DNA of 64,000 nt from Schleiferiaceae bacterium (GCA_051859825.1 JBHYFA010000001.1:36268-100267), one strand, 5' to 3'; shown: positions 1 to 10,128, numbered from the stretch's first letter. The notes: generated from the letters alone by a model not told the origin. Made by a program: numbers and translations.

Positions 1-4
1 AATA

Positions 5-976
5 ATGAGTTCCGCCATTGAAAAATGGTACGATGAAAATAAGCGCGATTTACCCTGGCGAAAAAAACCTAACCCATACATGGTTTGGCTCGCGGAAATC
101 GTTTTTCAACAGACCCGAATCCAACAAGGTCTAAATCACTACAAACGAATCCTTGAATCATTCCCTAAACTAGAAAACCTCGCTCAAGCATCTGAGGATG
201 AGGTGTTAAAACTTTGGGAAGGACTGGGATACTATTCACGTGCTCGCAACCTCCTTAAAGGAGCTAAACAAATTTCAGCTAAAGGAAATTTTCCCTCCAA
301 GGCAGCAGAATGGGAAAAAATCTCTGGCGTTGGCCCATACACGGCAGCCGCAATTAGCTCAGTTTGCTTTCGGGAAAAAATTGCTGTCCTCGACGGAAAT
401 GTGATGCGCGTAATTGCTCGTGTTTTTTTAATCAAAAATGACATCAGGCTAAAAAGCACCCAAGACAAACTCCGGAATCTAGCGCAAAAATTTGTTGATA
501 AATCCGTATATCCTGGAAATCTTAATCAAGGATTAATGGAAATTGGGGCGCTCATTTGCCTACCAAAAAATCCTAAGTGCCAAAAATGTCCCCTAAAAGA
601 CAACTGTCAACTCTATACAAAAAATGAGGCTGCAGCAGACTACCCTTACAAAAGCCCACCCCCTAAAAAAACCGAACGACATATTCATTGGCTCATTGCT
701 TCAAATAGTAAATTTCTAATGTTGCGAAGGCGCAATGAAAAAGATGTGTGGCAAGGACTTTACGAGTTGCCGCAAACACTTAAGCCTCCGGGCTCTATTT
801 ATCCAAACGCTCAACTTATTCATAAAGGCTCGCATATTCTGAGTCATCAGAAGATTTTCTATCATATATGGGATATTGAACAGTGGAGTAAGCTGTCCAT
901 GGAGTTTCAAGCATTTGATATTGACAGGGAGTTGCCGGCTTTGCCAAGGCCGATACAACGATTCCTCAACAAATAG
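5..976 (+). CDS. mutY: A/G-specific adenine DNA glycosylase MutY
   Basis: HhH-GPD core (VWLAEIVFQQTRIQQG, GVGPYTAAAISSVCF). 4Fe-4S cysteine cluster CLPKNPKCQKCPLKDNC. C-terminal NUDIX-like domain. 323 aa. Confidence 0.85.
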   Translation: MSSAIEKWYDENKRDLPWRKKPNPYMVWLAEIVFQQTRIQQGLNHYKRILESFPKLENLAQASEDEVLKLWEGLGYYSRARNLLKGAKQISAKGNFPSKAAEWEKISGVGPYTAAAISSVCFREKIAVLDGNVMRVIARVFLIKNDIRLKSTQDKLRNLAQKFVDKSVYPGNLNQGLMEIGALICLPKNPKCQKCPLKDNCQLYTKNEAAADYPYKSPPPKKTERHIHWLIASNSKFLMLRRRNEKDVWQGLYELPQTLKPPGSIYPNAQLIHKGSHILSHQKIFYHIWDIEQWSKLSMEFQAFDIDRELPALPRPIQRFLNK

Positions 977-1052
977 TGGCTGTCTAGAAAGTCCGAGAGC
1001 TTCGTTATGCTCGTCTGCAAAAGCGGCTTTAGTCTTGCTTGTAGACACTACT
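974..1052. repeat. Short copy of the REP/MITE-like palindromic repeat family (TAGTGGCTGTCTAGAAAGTCCGAGAGCTTCGTTATGCTCG...TAGACACTAC)
   Basis: Same approx. 45-bp core recurs at 3526, 4350, 21597, 24660, 30751, 40104, 41455 and 55679. The TAG at 974-976 is the mutY stop codon. Confidence 0.6.
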
Positions 1053-1134
1053 TAATTTATTAGTGAATAATTAGAATGTAGTTTGTAATTTCGCAAACAC
1101 AATACTTTCATCAGAGATATCATAAAAACAAATT

Positions 1135-1599
1135 ATGGCCGGCACATTAAACAAAGTTATGCTCATTGGGAATCTCGGTACTGATCCCGAAATTCGTAGA
1201 TTTTCCGACGGATCAGCAATTGCAAGATTGGCTGTTGCCACTTCTGAAACCTACACCAACAGAGAAGGTCAGCGCGTAACTAATACAGAGTGGCACAACG
1301 TAATTCTCCGTAGAGGTCTTGCAGATGTTGCGGAAAAATACTTGCATAAAGGCGATAAAGTTTTTATCGAAGGCCGAATCCGAACCAGAAAATGGGAAGA
1401 AAACGGTCAGCCAAGATATACAACGGAAGTACAGGCTGATACCATGACGATGCTCTCTCCTAAAAAGCAAGAAGATGGCGTTCAGCCCGTGAGTTATGCC
1501 CCCGTGAACAATCCTCAAGACCAAAGTTCTATAGCCTCTGACCCGGGAAATAATCCAAGTCAGAGCCAAGAAGTTGATGAAGATGATTTGCCTTTTTAG
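1135..1599 (+). CDS. ssb: Single-stranded DNA-binding protein
   Basis: OB-fold N-terminus (MLIGNLGTDPEIR, WHNV). Disordered Q/P-rich tail ending in the acidic DDDLPF motif typical of SSB. Confidence 0.9.
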   Translation: MAGTLNKVMLIGNLGTDPEIRRFSDGSAIARLAVATSETYTNREGQRVTNTEWHNVILRRGLADVAEKYLHKGDKVFIEGRIRTRKWEENGQPRYTTEVQADTMTMLSPKKQEDGVQPVSYAPVNNPQDQSSIASDPGNNPSQSQEVDEDDLPF

Positions 1600-1617
1600 T
1601 AACGAAATCCAAGCTTA

Positions 1618-2925
1618 GTGGACCCTGACCCGGAACCTTCATTATCTCTTATTCAAGCTATTTCCCTTCCGCCCGGGGGAATCTTTCTCTTTATCTTATT
1701 GGGATTTTTAATTTTTCTCTCTGCCATCATATCTGGCTCTGAGGTGGCTTTCTTTACATGGAATAGTGAGAGTGAGGAAGATGACCATCGAATTGTTACC
1801 TTACAAGAAAACCCCAAGAAGCTACTTGCAACCATACTGGTAAGCAATAACTTCATCAATATAGCTATCGTTATTCTCGCTGCATTTCTCACGGAAGGAA
1901 TGCTCGAATTTACACATAACATTTGGCTTACCTACCTAATACAAATAGCCGGAATTACTTTCGTCCTCCTACTCTTTGGAGAGGTTCTACCGAAAATTTA
2001 CGCGAGTAGAAACCCTAGAAAATTTATGAGTAAGGTAATTAACCTCATCTATTTCCTTTACTTATTGCTCCTACCAATAAGTCGACTACTCGCCAAAACC
2101 ACCCTCCTCTTTAAAGATCGAACTCGAAATCAATCCATTTCCGTTGATGATCTCTCTCAAGCACTCGCTTTGGCAGGAAATGATGAAGAACTCAAAGAAA
2201 ACCAAATTCTCGTGGATATCGTCACTTTTGGTAATACCTCCGCCAGACAAGTTATGACACCCAGAGTGGATATGGTAGCCATACCCGAAACAGCCAATTT
2301 TCACGAAGTACTGAGTAATATCCGAGAAGCGGGTTATTCGCGCTTACCCGTATTTAAAGAAAATCTCGACCAGATTATTGGCGTGCTCTACATCAAAGAC
2401 CTGCTGGCTCATATCAATGAGAGCGTTGATTTTCACTGGCAAAACCTAATTCGCAAGGCTTTCTTCGTTCCCGAAAATAAAAAAATCGACGACCTGCTCC
2501 AAGAATTCCGCATCCGAAAAGTTCACGTTGCTATAGTGGTAGACGAATTTGGAGGCACTTCGGGAATGGTAACTCTGGAAGACATTATTGAAGAAGTAGT
2601 TGGTGAAATCAATGATGAATTTGACCTCGAAGAATCGAACTTTACTACGATCAACGAAAATACTTTTTTGTTTGATGGTAAAATTTCTATTCAAGACTTT
2701 CTTAAATCACTGAAAATAGAAAATGTGGAAGTTTTCGATGAAGCGCGTGGTGATGCTGACACCCTCGCAGGTTTTTTCATTGAGCTCACGGGTGAATTAC
2801 CGGAAATCAACCAAAAAGTTGAATTTTCCAATATCACCTTCAGTATCGAAAGCATGGAAAATAAACGAATCAATCAGCTGCGTGTTGAACTTCCGGCAAA
2901 AGAAAAAACCTCAAACAAAAAATAA
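1618..2925 (+). CDS. gldE: Gliding motility-associated protein GldE (CNNM/DUF21-CBS-CorC_HlyC family)
   Basis: N-terminal four-TM DUF21 domain, tandem CBS domains and C-terminal CorC/HlyC domain. Conserved ssb-gldE-gldD order of Bacteroidota. Apparent GTG start. Confidence 0.75.
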   Translation: MDPDPEPSLSLIQAISLPPGGIFLFILLGFLIFLSAIISGSEVAFFTWNSESEEDDHRIVTLQENPKKLLATILVSNNFINIAIVILAAFLTEGMLEFTHNIWLTYLIQIAGITFVLLLFGEVLPKIYASRNPRKFMSKVINLIYFLYLLLLPISRLLAKTTLLFKDRTRNQSISVDDLSQALALAGNDEELKENQILVDIVTFGNTSARQVMTPRVDMVAIPETANFHEVLSNIREAGYSRLPVFKENLDQIIGVLYIKDLLAHINESVDFHWQNLIRKAFFVPENKKIDDLLQEFRIRKVHVAIVVDEFGGTSGMVTLEDIIEEVVGEINDEFDLEESNFTTINENTFLFDGKISIQDFLKSLKIENVEVFDEARGDADTLAGFFIELTGELPEINQKVEFSNITFSIESMENKRINQLRVELPAKEKTSNKK

Positions 2926-2952
2926 TTCTCCTAGATTCATCACTACCGCGAT

Positions 2953-3528
2953 ATGAACACCATACAACGTATCCTCTTGGTCTTCTTTGCTCTACAATTG
3001 GTCTTTTCGTGCAGTCAAGACCCTATTCCAAAACCCGTAGGCTATTTCCGCATCGAACTACCTCCGGATACATTTACCACTTTTCAAACGGAAACTTGCC
3101 CGTTTAGCTTTGAACATCACGCATTTTCACTGGTAAAACAAAAAAGAGAAAATTGCTGGTACGACATCATTTTTCCGCACCTGAATTCTATGATTCAACT
3201 TACGTATCTTCCCGTTGAAAATGATAATCTGGAAGACCTCCTCGCTGATGCACACAACTTAGTTTTTCGCCATAGCGTAAAAGCCGACGGAATAAAAGAA
3301 GTCTTGTACGTCAACGACCTCAGAAGAGTGTTCGGTATTTTATACAAGGTGCACGGAAACGCAGCCACAGCTACTCAGTTTTACGTCACCGATAGTGTGA
3401 ATCACTTTCTTCGTGGGGTAGTGTATTTTAATGTTGCTCCAAATGAGGACTCGCTGCGCCCGGTGAATGAGTATATGCATGGGCAGGTTCAAGGTCTAAT
3501 AGAAAGCCTAAATTGGTCTGAATATTAG
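2953..3528 (+). CDS. gldD: Gliding motility lipoprotein GldD
   Basis: 191-aa lipoprotein (signal peptide plus lipobox LVFSC). Lies immediately downstream of gldE, as in Flavobacterium johnsoniae. Confidence 0.65.
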   Translation: MNTIQRILLVFFALQLVFSCSQDPIPKPVGYFRIELPPDTFTTFQTETCPFSFEHHAFSLVKQKRENCWYDIIFPHLNSMIQLTYLPVENDNLEDLLADAHNLVFRHSVKADGIKEVLYVNDLRRVFGILYKVHGNAATATQFYVTDSVNHFLRGVVYFNVAPNEDSLRPVNEYMHGQVQGLIESLNWSEY

Positions 3529-3566
3529 TGGCTGGCTAGAAAGTCCGAGAGCGGCGTTATGCTCGT
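3526..3566. repeat. REP/MITE-like repeat copy (TAGTGGCTGGCTAGAAAGTCCGAGAGCGGCGTTATGCTCG)
   Basis: Near-identical to the copy at 974. Its TAG is the gldD stop codon. Confidence 0.6.
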
Positions 3567-3626
3567 TAAAAAACCAAGCCATTATGCGTTGTAAAAGTGA
3601 AATTGATTATTTAAGAGAGCGCGTCA

Positions 3627-4202
3627 TCAACGAAACATTACTTGTTCCCACAAAGGATACGGCATTTTCTCCTTCTCAAGATCATACTCAAACTCCGTCA
3701 TGAGCTCCCCCGTTTGCCAATCGATCCACGCCCACAATCCATCTCGTTTTACGGCAACATAGGTAAAATACTTTTTGTAGCTTCCGTAACCATCACGGTC
3801 GTTCATCGTACGGCCTACTTCGAAAATTTTATAATCATCATAAAGACAATCAACACTCTGACGAACGTCTTCTTCCGCAAACGACCACGGAGAAGTATAA
3901 ATGCCCACTTTGCCTGCTATCCATACGCCTGTTAAATAAGCGTTGAACCCAAAGAAGTCTATGGAGTCATACTGCATTGGAATCTTTTCTTCAATTACCT
4001 TTTCACTGTAAGCTTGAAACATGCCCCACTTTTTGGTCTTACGATGTTGAGCAATGAATACTCCATCTCCATTATTCATGTCAAGCTTATAATCGATTGC
4101 CCGGATTTTCTTTAACATCTTCTTAGTCACCCACTCATCATCATCTTGAGCATAAACCGTAAATCCCAAAAACAACCCAAAAAATAAAAGCAAAGTCCGC
4201 AT
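3627..4202 (-). CDS. Hypothetical secreted protein with W-rich (WG-like) repeats
   Basis: Cleavable signal peptide MRTLLLFFGLFLGFTVYAQ. Repeated KWG/W-containing segments. No recognisable catalytic motif. Confidence 0.5.
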   Translation of the reverse strand: MRTLLLFFGLFLGFTVYAQDDDEWVTKKMLKKIRAIDYKLDMNNGDGVFIAQHRKTKKWGMFQAYSEKVIEEKIPMQYDSIDFFGFNAYLTGVWIAGKVGIYTSPWSFAEEDVRQSVDCLYDDYKIFEVGRTMNDRDGYGSYKKYFTYVAVKRDGLWAWIDWQTGELMTEFEYDLEKEKMPYPLWEQVMFR

Positions 4203-4349
4203 AGTAAAAACGATTAGATTAGTATAAAAGTCATCATTATTGAAAGCTTATCTCATAATGAAGTCTTAATGAAACGCAAAAAAACATAATATATTTTTTA
4301 GCTCACCATCGTTTCTTCAAAAATAGCGGTAAAATGACTTTATTCATAT

Positions 4350-4381
4350 CGCTGTCATCGGACTTTATAGACAGACATTAT
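4350..4381. repeat. REP/MITE-like repeat end in inverted orientation (GCTGTCATCGGACTTTATAGACAGACATTA)
   Basis: Reverse complement of the TAATGTCTGTCTATAAAGTCCGATGACAGC core. Directly follows the stop of the minus-strand 246-aa ORF. Confidence 0.5.
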
Positions 4382-5122
4382 TTATTCACGTCGTGCTTTC
4401 TTATCCTTCTTCCTCCGCTTCTTCGACTTCTTCTTTTTCTTACTTGAAGAAAAGGAATTTTGCAAATGAGTAAGCGGCTGATAAACGTTAAAATAAAGAG
4501 TCAATATAGTGTCATTATCCTCCGTGATTTCTGGTTCCTTTAAGGTCATCGCGTCAACCTGGCCGATCAAAGCTTGTCGCGAAATTTCAAGGTCGTACTG
4601 TTCGAGTAGCGTGTACTCATCCGAAACTCTATTAACCACAAAAGCCGATTCAATTTCGAGACCATCGCCACTTTCACTTATAATATCTAAAAATCGATAA
4701 AATAAATTTCCGTAAAAATGTGCGGTAATGGTATCGCCTAATTCATGATGAGCAATCATTAAATAATATAGGGCTTGAAGATTTACTGGATCATCGTCCC
4801 AAACCTTTTTGGCTGGACTAATTGCATTTTCCCACTCTTTTTCTCTTAAAAAAGACACACTCTTTCTTAAACCAGGGTCGCGAAAATAAGGTTTATAGTC
4901 TCCCGAATACGCCCATCCGTAGTACAAATGAACCATCTCTTGCTTGTGCAGCATTTCTTTGGAACGCATCTTTTTCACTAAGGATGGGTAATAAAGGTCG
5001 CTTTTTTTATCGGTAACCGCCGCTTCAATTGCAGCTAAATCGATGGAGGTAGGTACTTGGGCAAACAAACTATTTGCTATAAAAAAAAGCACCACAATTG
5101 CGAATAAAGTATTCTTGCTCAT
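4382..5122 (-). CDS. Hypothetical secreted protein with a lysine-rich C-terminal tail
   Basis: Signal peptide MSKNTLFAIVVLFFIANSLFAQ. C-terminus SSSKKKKKSKKRRKKDKKARRE. Possibly a DUF4919-like Bacteroidota family. Confidence 0.5.
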   Translation of the reverse strand: MSKNTLFAIVVLFFIANSLFAQVPTSIDLAAIEAAVTDKKSDLYYPSLVKKMRSKEMLHKQEMVHLYYGWAYSGDYKPYFRDPGLRKSVSFLREKEWENAISPAKKVWDDDPVNLQALYYLMIAHHELGDTITAHFYGNLFYRFLDIISESGDGLEIESAFVVNRVSDEYTLLEQYDLEISRQALIGQVDAMTLKEPEITEDNDTILTLYFNVYQPLTHLQNSFSSSKKKKKSKKRRKKDKKARRE

Positions 5123-5217
5123 GTTAAAGAATTTTGAATGGGTAAATATAAAAAAAAATCAACACTCGACCTTTAATAATCTTCTTATTTGTGCATAACA
5201 AGGTATGTGTATTGCAT

Positions 5218-5225
5218 TATATTTG
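5218..5225 (+). promoter_or_regulatory. Candidate Bacteroidota sigma-A -7 element (TAnnTTTG: TATATTTG)
   Basis: Motif about 65 nt upstream of the TPR-protein ATG, in a divergent intergenic region. Confidence 0.3.
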
Positions 5226-5288
5226 TTTCTTGTACCGATTGTGTAAAAAAATTCGTTTTATCATAGTCACCAATTCCAATCCCATCGA

Positions 5289-8200
5289 ATGTATCAACAA
5301 AAAATTCGACTGATTGCCGTTATTCTAGGAATGCTCCCCGTGTGGGTTTTCGGCCAAATTACCGAGGCTCAACGACGGGCCGACACCAAATTCCAGACTG
5401 CACTAACAGCATTTGATCAGCAAATATTTGCCAACGCCCGTGAAGGTTTTGAGCAAGCTTTGGCAACGCAATCGCTAAGTCCAGAGCGCACCGTGGAGGC
5501 ATACTACTACCGTGCAATCTCCGCCTTGGAGCTCTTCCACTCCGACGCCGAAAACCTCATGCAGGCCTTCATCGAGTCATACCCAACGAGCTCATTGGTG
5601 AATCAGGCTCGACGCTATCTGGGACAATTCTTCTTTCGCAACAGAAACTATCGCAAAAGCGAAAAATACCTCTCCGAAGTGGATATGCGAAATATCGATC
5701 GTGAAGACCGTCCGGAAATTCGCTTTCAACTCGGGTATTCGTATTTCATCAATGAAAAAATAGACCCTGCAAAAGACATTTTCGTACTGCTGAAAGAACA
5801 AAGCGGACCTTTTGCTGCCTCAGCACGCTACTACTACGCGCACATCGTGTATGAAGAGGAGAATTACAGCGAGGCTCTCATCAACTTTGAAGCCCTGCGG
5901 AACGACCAAGCATTTTCTCGTATGGTCCCGTTCTACCTCGCCCACGTGTACTACCAAATGCGCGAGTACGATAGCTTGTTTGTTTATGCCAAAGAAATCC
6001 TCTCCGACGATGAAGCCCCGCGAAGAGCAGAAATTGCCAAACTCGTAGGCGACGCGCACTACCGATTGGAGAATTTTAAAAAAGCCGTTGAATATTTCGA
6101 ACTATACCGCGAAGAAGGTGGAAAACCCAGTCGCAACGACCACTACGAATTGGGTTTTAGCTACTACAAAATTGGGAACTTTGAAAAAGCCATCGAACAC
6201 TTTTCAAGAGTGTCCATGGGGCAAGACGAACTTGCACAGGTAACCTATTACCACCTCGGCGATTGTCATTTGCAAAAAGGAGATAAACAATCTGCCCTTA
6301 CCGCCTTCGCCGCCGCCTCGAAAATAGATGCCGATGTTAGCATACGCGAAGATGCCGCCTTCCAGTTTGTAAAGCTAAACTACGAATTAGGCGGCGTATT
6401 TGCCGACGTAGTAACCTCCCTTACACAATTTCAACGCAGCTTCCCCGAAAGTGATAATCTGCGAAAAATCAATACCCTATTAGCAGATGCTCACCTGCGT
6501 TCCCGTAATTATGCCCGAGCTGCACAAGCACTCAGAGATGCCGGACTCCGCACCATTGAGCAACAAGGCATTTTTCAAAAAGTATCATACTTCCTCGGTG
6601 TAGAAGCCTACCAACAAGAGCGCTACACCACCGCCGTGGCGCATTTTGCCGAATCGAGAAAATACCCCATCGATCAAGCCTACGTGGGACTCGCTCTCTA
6701 CTGGGCAGCCGAATCTTTTTACCAATTGATGGAGTACGACGCCGCCATTGGTGCGTATCTGGAATTTCAAGCCAGCCCGGGAGCGTATCAATCTCCCTAT
6801 TTTTCCTATTCGTACTATGGCCTGGGTTACGCTTATTACATGGCCGGCAAACTCGAAGAAGCCGCCACCACCTTCCGTCGTTTCTCCCGTGAAAAAGGTG
6901 TTTCGGGTGGAAGATTCCGTGATGGTCTGCTTCGCTTAGCTGATGTGTATTTTCTACTGAGAACATACCCACAAGCCTTAGAATTCTACGATAAATCCAT
7001 TACCGAATCTGGCGGAAAAAACACCTACGCCATTTTCCAGAAAGCCATTTGTCAGGGATTGATTGGTGAAGAAAGACAAAAGATTGCCACCCTCGACGGA
7101 TTAATTAAAAATTTCCCCAGCGATCCCTTAGCTCTCGATGCTCGTTTTGAAAAAGCATCTTCTTACATCAAACTCGAAGCCTACGACGACGCTATCCGAA
7201 TTTACCAAGCATTCAATCTAGAGCACCCCAATCACCCCAATGTGCCACGAGCAAAGCTCAATATGAGCTTGGCCTATCGCAATACCCAACGATACGACCA
7301 AGCCATCAAGTTGCTGAAAGACATTGTGGAAAGTTACCCCAATACCCCAGAATCTTCCGAAGCCATACGCTTTGGTCAAAACGTGTTTAGCGAAGCCGAC
7401 AGAATGGGTGAGTACGTTTCGTGGGTGCAATCAAGCGGAGCGAAAGACGTAGAGCAAGGTCGCCTTGATTCTGCCCTTTATTTCTCCGCCTTCGACCAGT
7501 ACTCCGTGGGGAACTACCAAGCAGCTCTAAGAGGCTTCCGCGACTACGCCGACCGCTTCCCGAACGGACTCTTCCGCTTACAAACCGTTTTCTACAGAGG
7601 AGATTCACATTTCCGTCTAAAGGAAGATGACAAAGCGCTGGAGTTCTTCGAAGAGGTCTTAACCACACCCCGTTCTCCCTTCTACGACAGAGCCTTAGAA
7701 CGAGCAGCTCAACTGCGCTATTTGGCAAAAGATTACCCCCAAGCAGCCAATTATTATCGGCAAATCTTGGAACGAAACCCCATGGAGGAAACCCGAATGC
7801 TAGCCACCGAACGACTGATGCGCATCGCCTTTAGTCAGGAAGACTGGCCTAAGTTGGAAGATTGGAGTCAGAGGGTATTGAAGTCTAACCCTGAACAAGC
7901 CAAACTACGAAGAGACGCCCGCTGGTATCGTGCCCTTTCGCTTTACCATCAACATCGCAGACCCGAAGCCGACTCTGCTCTAGCAGATATTGCCAATACC
8001 TACCAAGGCAACGAAGCCGCTCAGGCCATGTACTACTTAGCCGAATTTTTCTGGGAAGACCGACTTTTGGAGGAAACCAAAAAGCAGGTGTATGCTTTAA
8101 TTGAAAAACATCCCGGTGAAGTGGAGTTGCGCGACCGAGCTTTGATTCTTTTGGCGAGAGTATTTATAGAAGAGGAAGACTTTTTCCAAGCAGAATTCTC

Positions 8201-8375
8201 GCTCGACTTTGTAATTCAATCCAACTCCGACGAGAAGGTGACTAAAGAAGCACAAGACCTCCTCGACTCGCTCAAACAGCAAGAGCAAGACGCTCAAAAA
8301 AAATCAGATAACGACGCTTGGGAGGTAAATCCTAGCGGAGATAACAATTTACCAAACGAATCAGATGAAGAATAA
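5289..8375 (+). CDS. Large tetratricopeptide-repeat (TPR) protein
   Basis: 1028 aa with an N-terminal signal peptide. Many 34-aa TPR-like units (AxxYYxxG.., YxLGxxYYxxGxxxxA). Acidic tail. Confidence 0.7.
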   Translation: MYQQKIRLIAVILGMLPVWVFGQITEAQRRADTKFQTALTAFDQQIFANAREGFEQALATQSLSPERTVEAYYYRAISALELFHSDAENLMQAFIESYPTSSLVNQARRYLGQFFFRNRNYRKSEKYLSEVDMRNIDREDRPEIRFQLGYSYFINEKIDPAKDIFVLLKEQSGPFAASARYYYAHIVYEEENYSEALINFEALRNDQAFSRMVPFYLAHVYYQMREYDSLFVYAKEILSDDEAPRRAEIAKLVGDAHYRLENFKKAVEYFELYREEGGKPSRNDHYELGFSYYKIGNFEKAIEHFSRVSMGQDELAQVTYYHLGDCHLQKGDKQSALTAFAAASKIDADVSIREDAAFQFVKLNYELGGVFADVVTSLTQFQRSFPESDNLRKINTLLADAHLRSRNYARAAQALRDAGLRTIEQQGIFQKVSYFLGVEAYQQERYTTAVAHFAESRKYPIDQAYVGLALYWAAESFYQLMEYDAAIGAYLEFQASPGAYQSPYFSYSYYGLGYAYYMAGKLEEAATTFRRFSREKGVSGGRFRDGLLRLADVYFLLRTYPQALEFYDKSITESGGKNTYAIFQKAICQGLIGEERQKIATLDGLIKNFPSDPLALDARFEKASSYIKLEAYDDAIRIYQAFNLEHPNHPNVPRAKLNMSLAYRNTQRYDQAIKLLKDIVESYPNTPESSEAIRFGQNVFSEADRMGEYVSWVQSSGAKDVEQGRLDSALYFSAFDQYSVGNYQAALRGFRDYADRFPNGLFRLQTVFYRGDSHFRLKEDDKALEFFEEVLTTPRSPFYDRALERAAQLRYLAKDYPQAANYYRQILERNPMEETRMLATERLMRIAFSQEDWPKLEDWSQRVLKSNPEQAKLRRDARWYRALSLYHQHRRPEADSALADIANTYQGNEAAQAMYYLAEFFWEDRLLEETKKQVYALIEKHPGEVELRDRALILLARVFIEEEDFFQAEFSLDFVIQSNSDEKVTKEAQDLLDSLKQQEQDAQKKSDNDAWEVNPSGDNNLPNESDEE

Positions 8376-10110
8376 CATTCGCATTTTCGCCACTGTGGCA
8401 TTCTCACTGATGGCGCTGATAAGCTTTGCTCAGGGCGACTTGGGGAATATTCAACTCGAAGTTACCCGCGCCTTTGAAGGAAGGGTACAGCAAGCGAGAA
8501 AAATAAACGACCTCCCCCGAATTACCGACACCATTCGTAGCGAGGTGAAGCTCGACTACCAAATTAGACCACGAACGGTATTCACCAATTTCTCCCCCGA
8601 ACCCTTATCGCCCGCCCGCATTCGCAGGGTCACCGCCGATAAGCTCCCCAAGTTTATGCTAAGCTTAGGTGGAGGAAACTTCCTCACCACAAGCTTCGAT
8701 CTTTCTTTTAATAGCGACAGATCGCGAAACCAATCTTGGGGCTTCAAAGCAAAGCACTTTTCTACCCATAGCGGTGTACCCGATCTTATTTTTGCTGAAG
8801 GAGATAATAAGGCCAGCAATGCAAATTTTCTCAGTGAAAATCGTCTTGCCGGACACTACCGTCGCTTTTTCCGCAATTACACCCTAACTACCCGTGCAGA
8901 AGGATTTTACGACGCCCTCAATTTCTATGGCGTCCCTATGCTTGATGGGGTAAATTCCGACCTATTCTTTGGCGATATTCAACGCCAATATTATCTCGGG
9001 GCCAAGGCTGAAATCGATTTTGAAAGCACCCGCAGAAAGGCCGATAGCTGGTTCGACCAAGGAACGCTGAGCTACCACTTTGTAACCGACGCCTTCAGTT
9101 CACAGGAAAATCGCATTCACCTTCCTACTCGCTGGTCGTTTCCCGTGGATGACAATCTAGTAAATATTGATTTGCGAACCACGTATCAGCAAACCTCCGC
9201 CGACTCCAACGAGCTTTCTGCGCAATACCTAAACGTACACCTCTTTCCAAACATCGAATACGTTAAAGATAATCTGGTTTTAAAACTGGGGCTGAATTTC
9301 ATTTACAACGACAATGATGTGAGCTACCGCGGTGCACAGGAAGACGTTGACAATCTTTATGTAATGCCTAGTTTGACCGGTAGATTAACCGTTGTACCTA
9401 ACGCTTTAGAGGTATTCGGAGGTTTCGACTATGACTTCACACTAAACAACGCACTCGATCTTTCCCGCGAAGTTCCTTGGCTGAATCCGGGGGTATTGGT
9501 TCGTCCTACTAGGAAAAATGAATTTTTCTTTGGAACCTCTTTCTTAGTGATGGCCGGTCTCAACGTTGAAGCTCGCGCTCACTACACCCGTTGGCTCGAT
9601 CGTGCACTTATCTATAGAGATCCCGGTTTTATCGACAACGTAAACATCCTTCAAGGTTTGGATGTCCGTTATCTCAATGGAGATGAAATTGGTCTAAATG
9701 CTAGAATTCGCTATCAGATAAATGATGACTTACGTTTGGGAGCTAATCTTGCTTATTCGCGCTACGAAAACTTCACCTACCAAGGAGAGGCTACTGCTCC
9801 GTATCACTTAGCTCCGTGGAGAGGAGGCTTAGATGCCCAGTACACGTTTCGCAAAAAACTTGGTATTCAAGCTCGTTTAATTTACGTAGGTGTTCGTGAG
9901 GCCTTTGGTGAAGACTTCCAAGGAGTTGCTCAAATAGATCCTGAACTCCCCGGATTCTGGGATATGGATTTGAGCTTTGACTATTACTTCAACGATAATC
10001 TCACGGGATTCCTCCGCATTCACAACGCCTTTGCCTCTAGATATGACCTCTATCTTGGCTACGGAGCCCAGCGCTTCTTGGCTCTCGGAGGATTCAAATT
10101 CCGTCTTTAA
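8365..10110 (+). CDS. Putative outer-membrane beta-barrel porin
   Basis: Signal peptide MKNNIRIFATVAFSLMALISFAQ. Alternating hydrophobic/aromatic beta-strand pattern over 581 aa. C-terminal ...GGFKFRL. Confidence 0.55.
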   Translation: MKNNIRIFATVAFSLMALISFAQGDLGNIQLEVTRAFEGRVQQARKINDLPRITDTIRSEVKLDYQIRPRTVFTNFSPEPLSPARIRRVTADKLPKFMLSLGGGNFLTTSFDLSFNSDRSRNQSWGFKAKHFSTHSGVPDLIFAEGDNKASNANFLSENRLAGHYRRFFRNYTLTTRAEGFYDALNFYGVPMLDGVNSDLFFGDIQRQYYLGAKAEIDFESTRRKADSWFDQGTLSYHFVTDAFSSQENRIHLPTRWSFPVDDNLVNIDLRTTYQQTSADSNELSAQYLNVHLFPNIEYVKDNLVLKLGLNFIYNDNDVSYRGAQEDVDNLYVMPSLTGRLTVVPNALEVFGGFDYDFTLNNALDLSREVPWLNPGVLVRPTRKNEFFFGTSFLVMAGLNVEARAHYTRWLDRALIYRDPGFIDNVNILQGLDVRYLNGDEIGLNARIRYQINDDLRLGANLAYSRYENFTYQGEATAPYHLAPWRGGLDAQYTFRKKLGIQARLIYVGVREAFGEDFQGVAQIDPELPGFWDMDLSFDYYFNDNLTGFLRIHNAFASRYDLYLGYGAQRFLALGGFKFRL

Positions 10111-10128
10111 CCTCTAATCTACCTCCTC

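Noticed and set aside
991-1004. GAAAGTCCGAGAGC core of the repeat resembles the RNase P RNA P4 sequence (AGGAAAGUCCGGGCUCC)
   Set aside because: The match is short and multi-copy, and the flanks lack RNase P architecture. Coincidental.
6532-6972. Antisense ORFs inside the TPR gene (also 5592-5801, 5812-6059, 7218-7728)
   Set aside because: Embedded opposite a long, well-supported CDS. Arg/Gly-rich translations typical of antisense reading of GC-rich codons.
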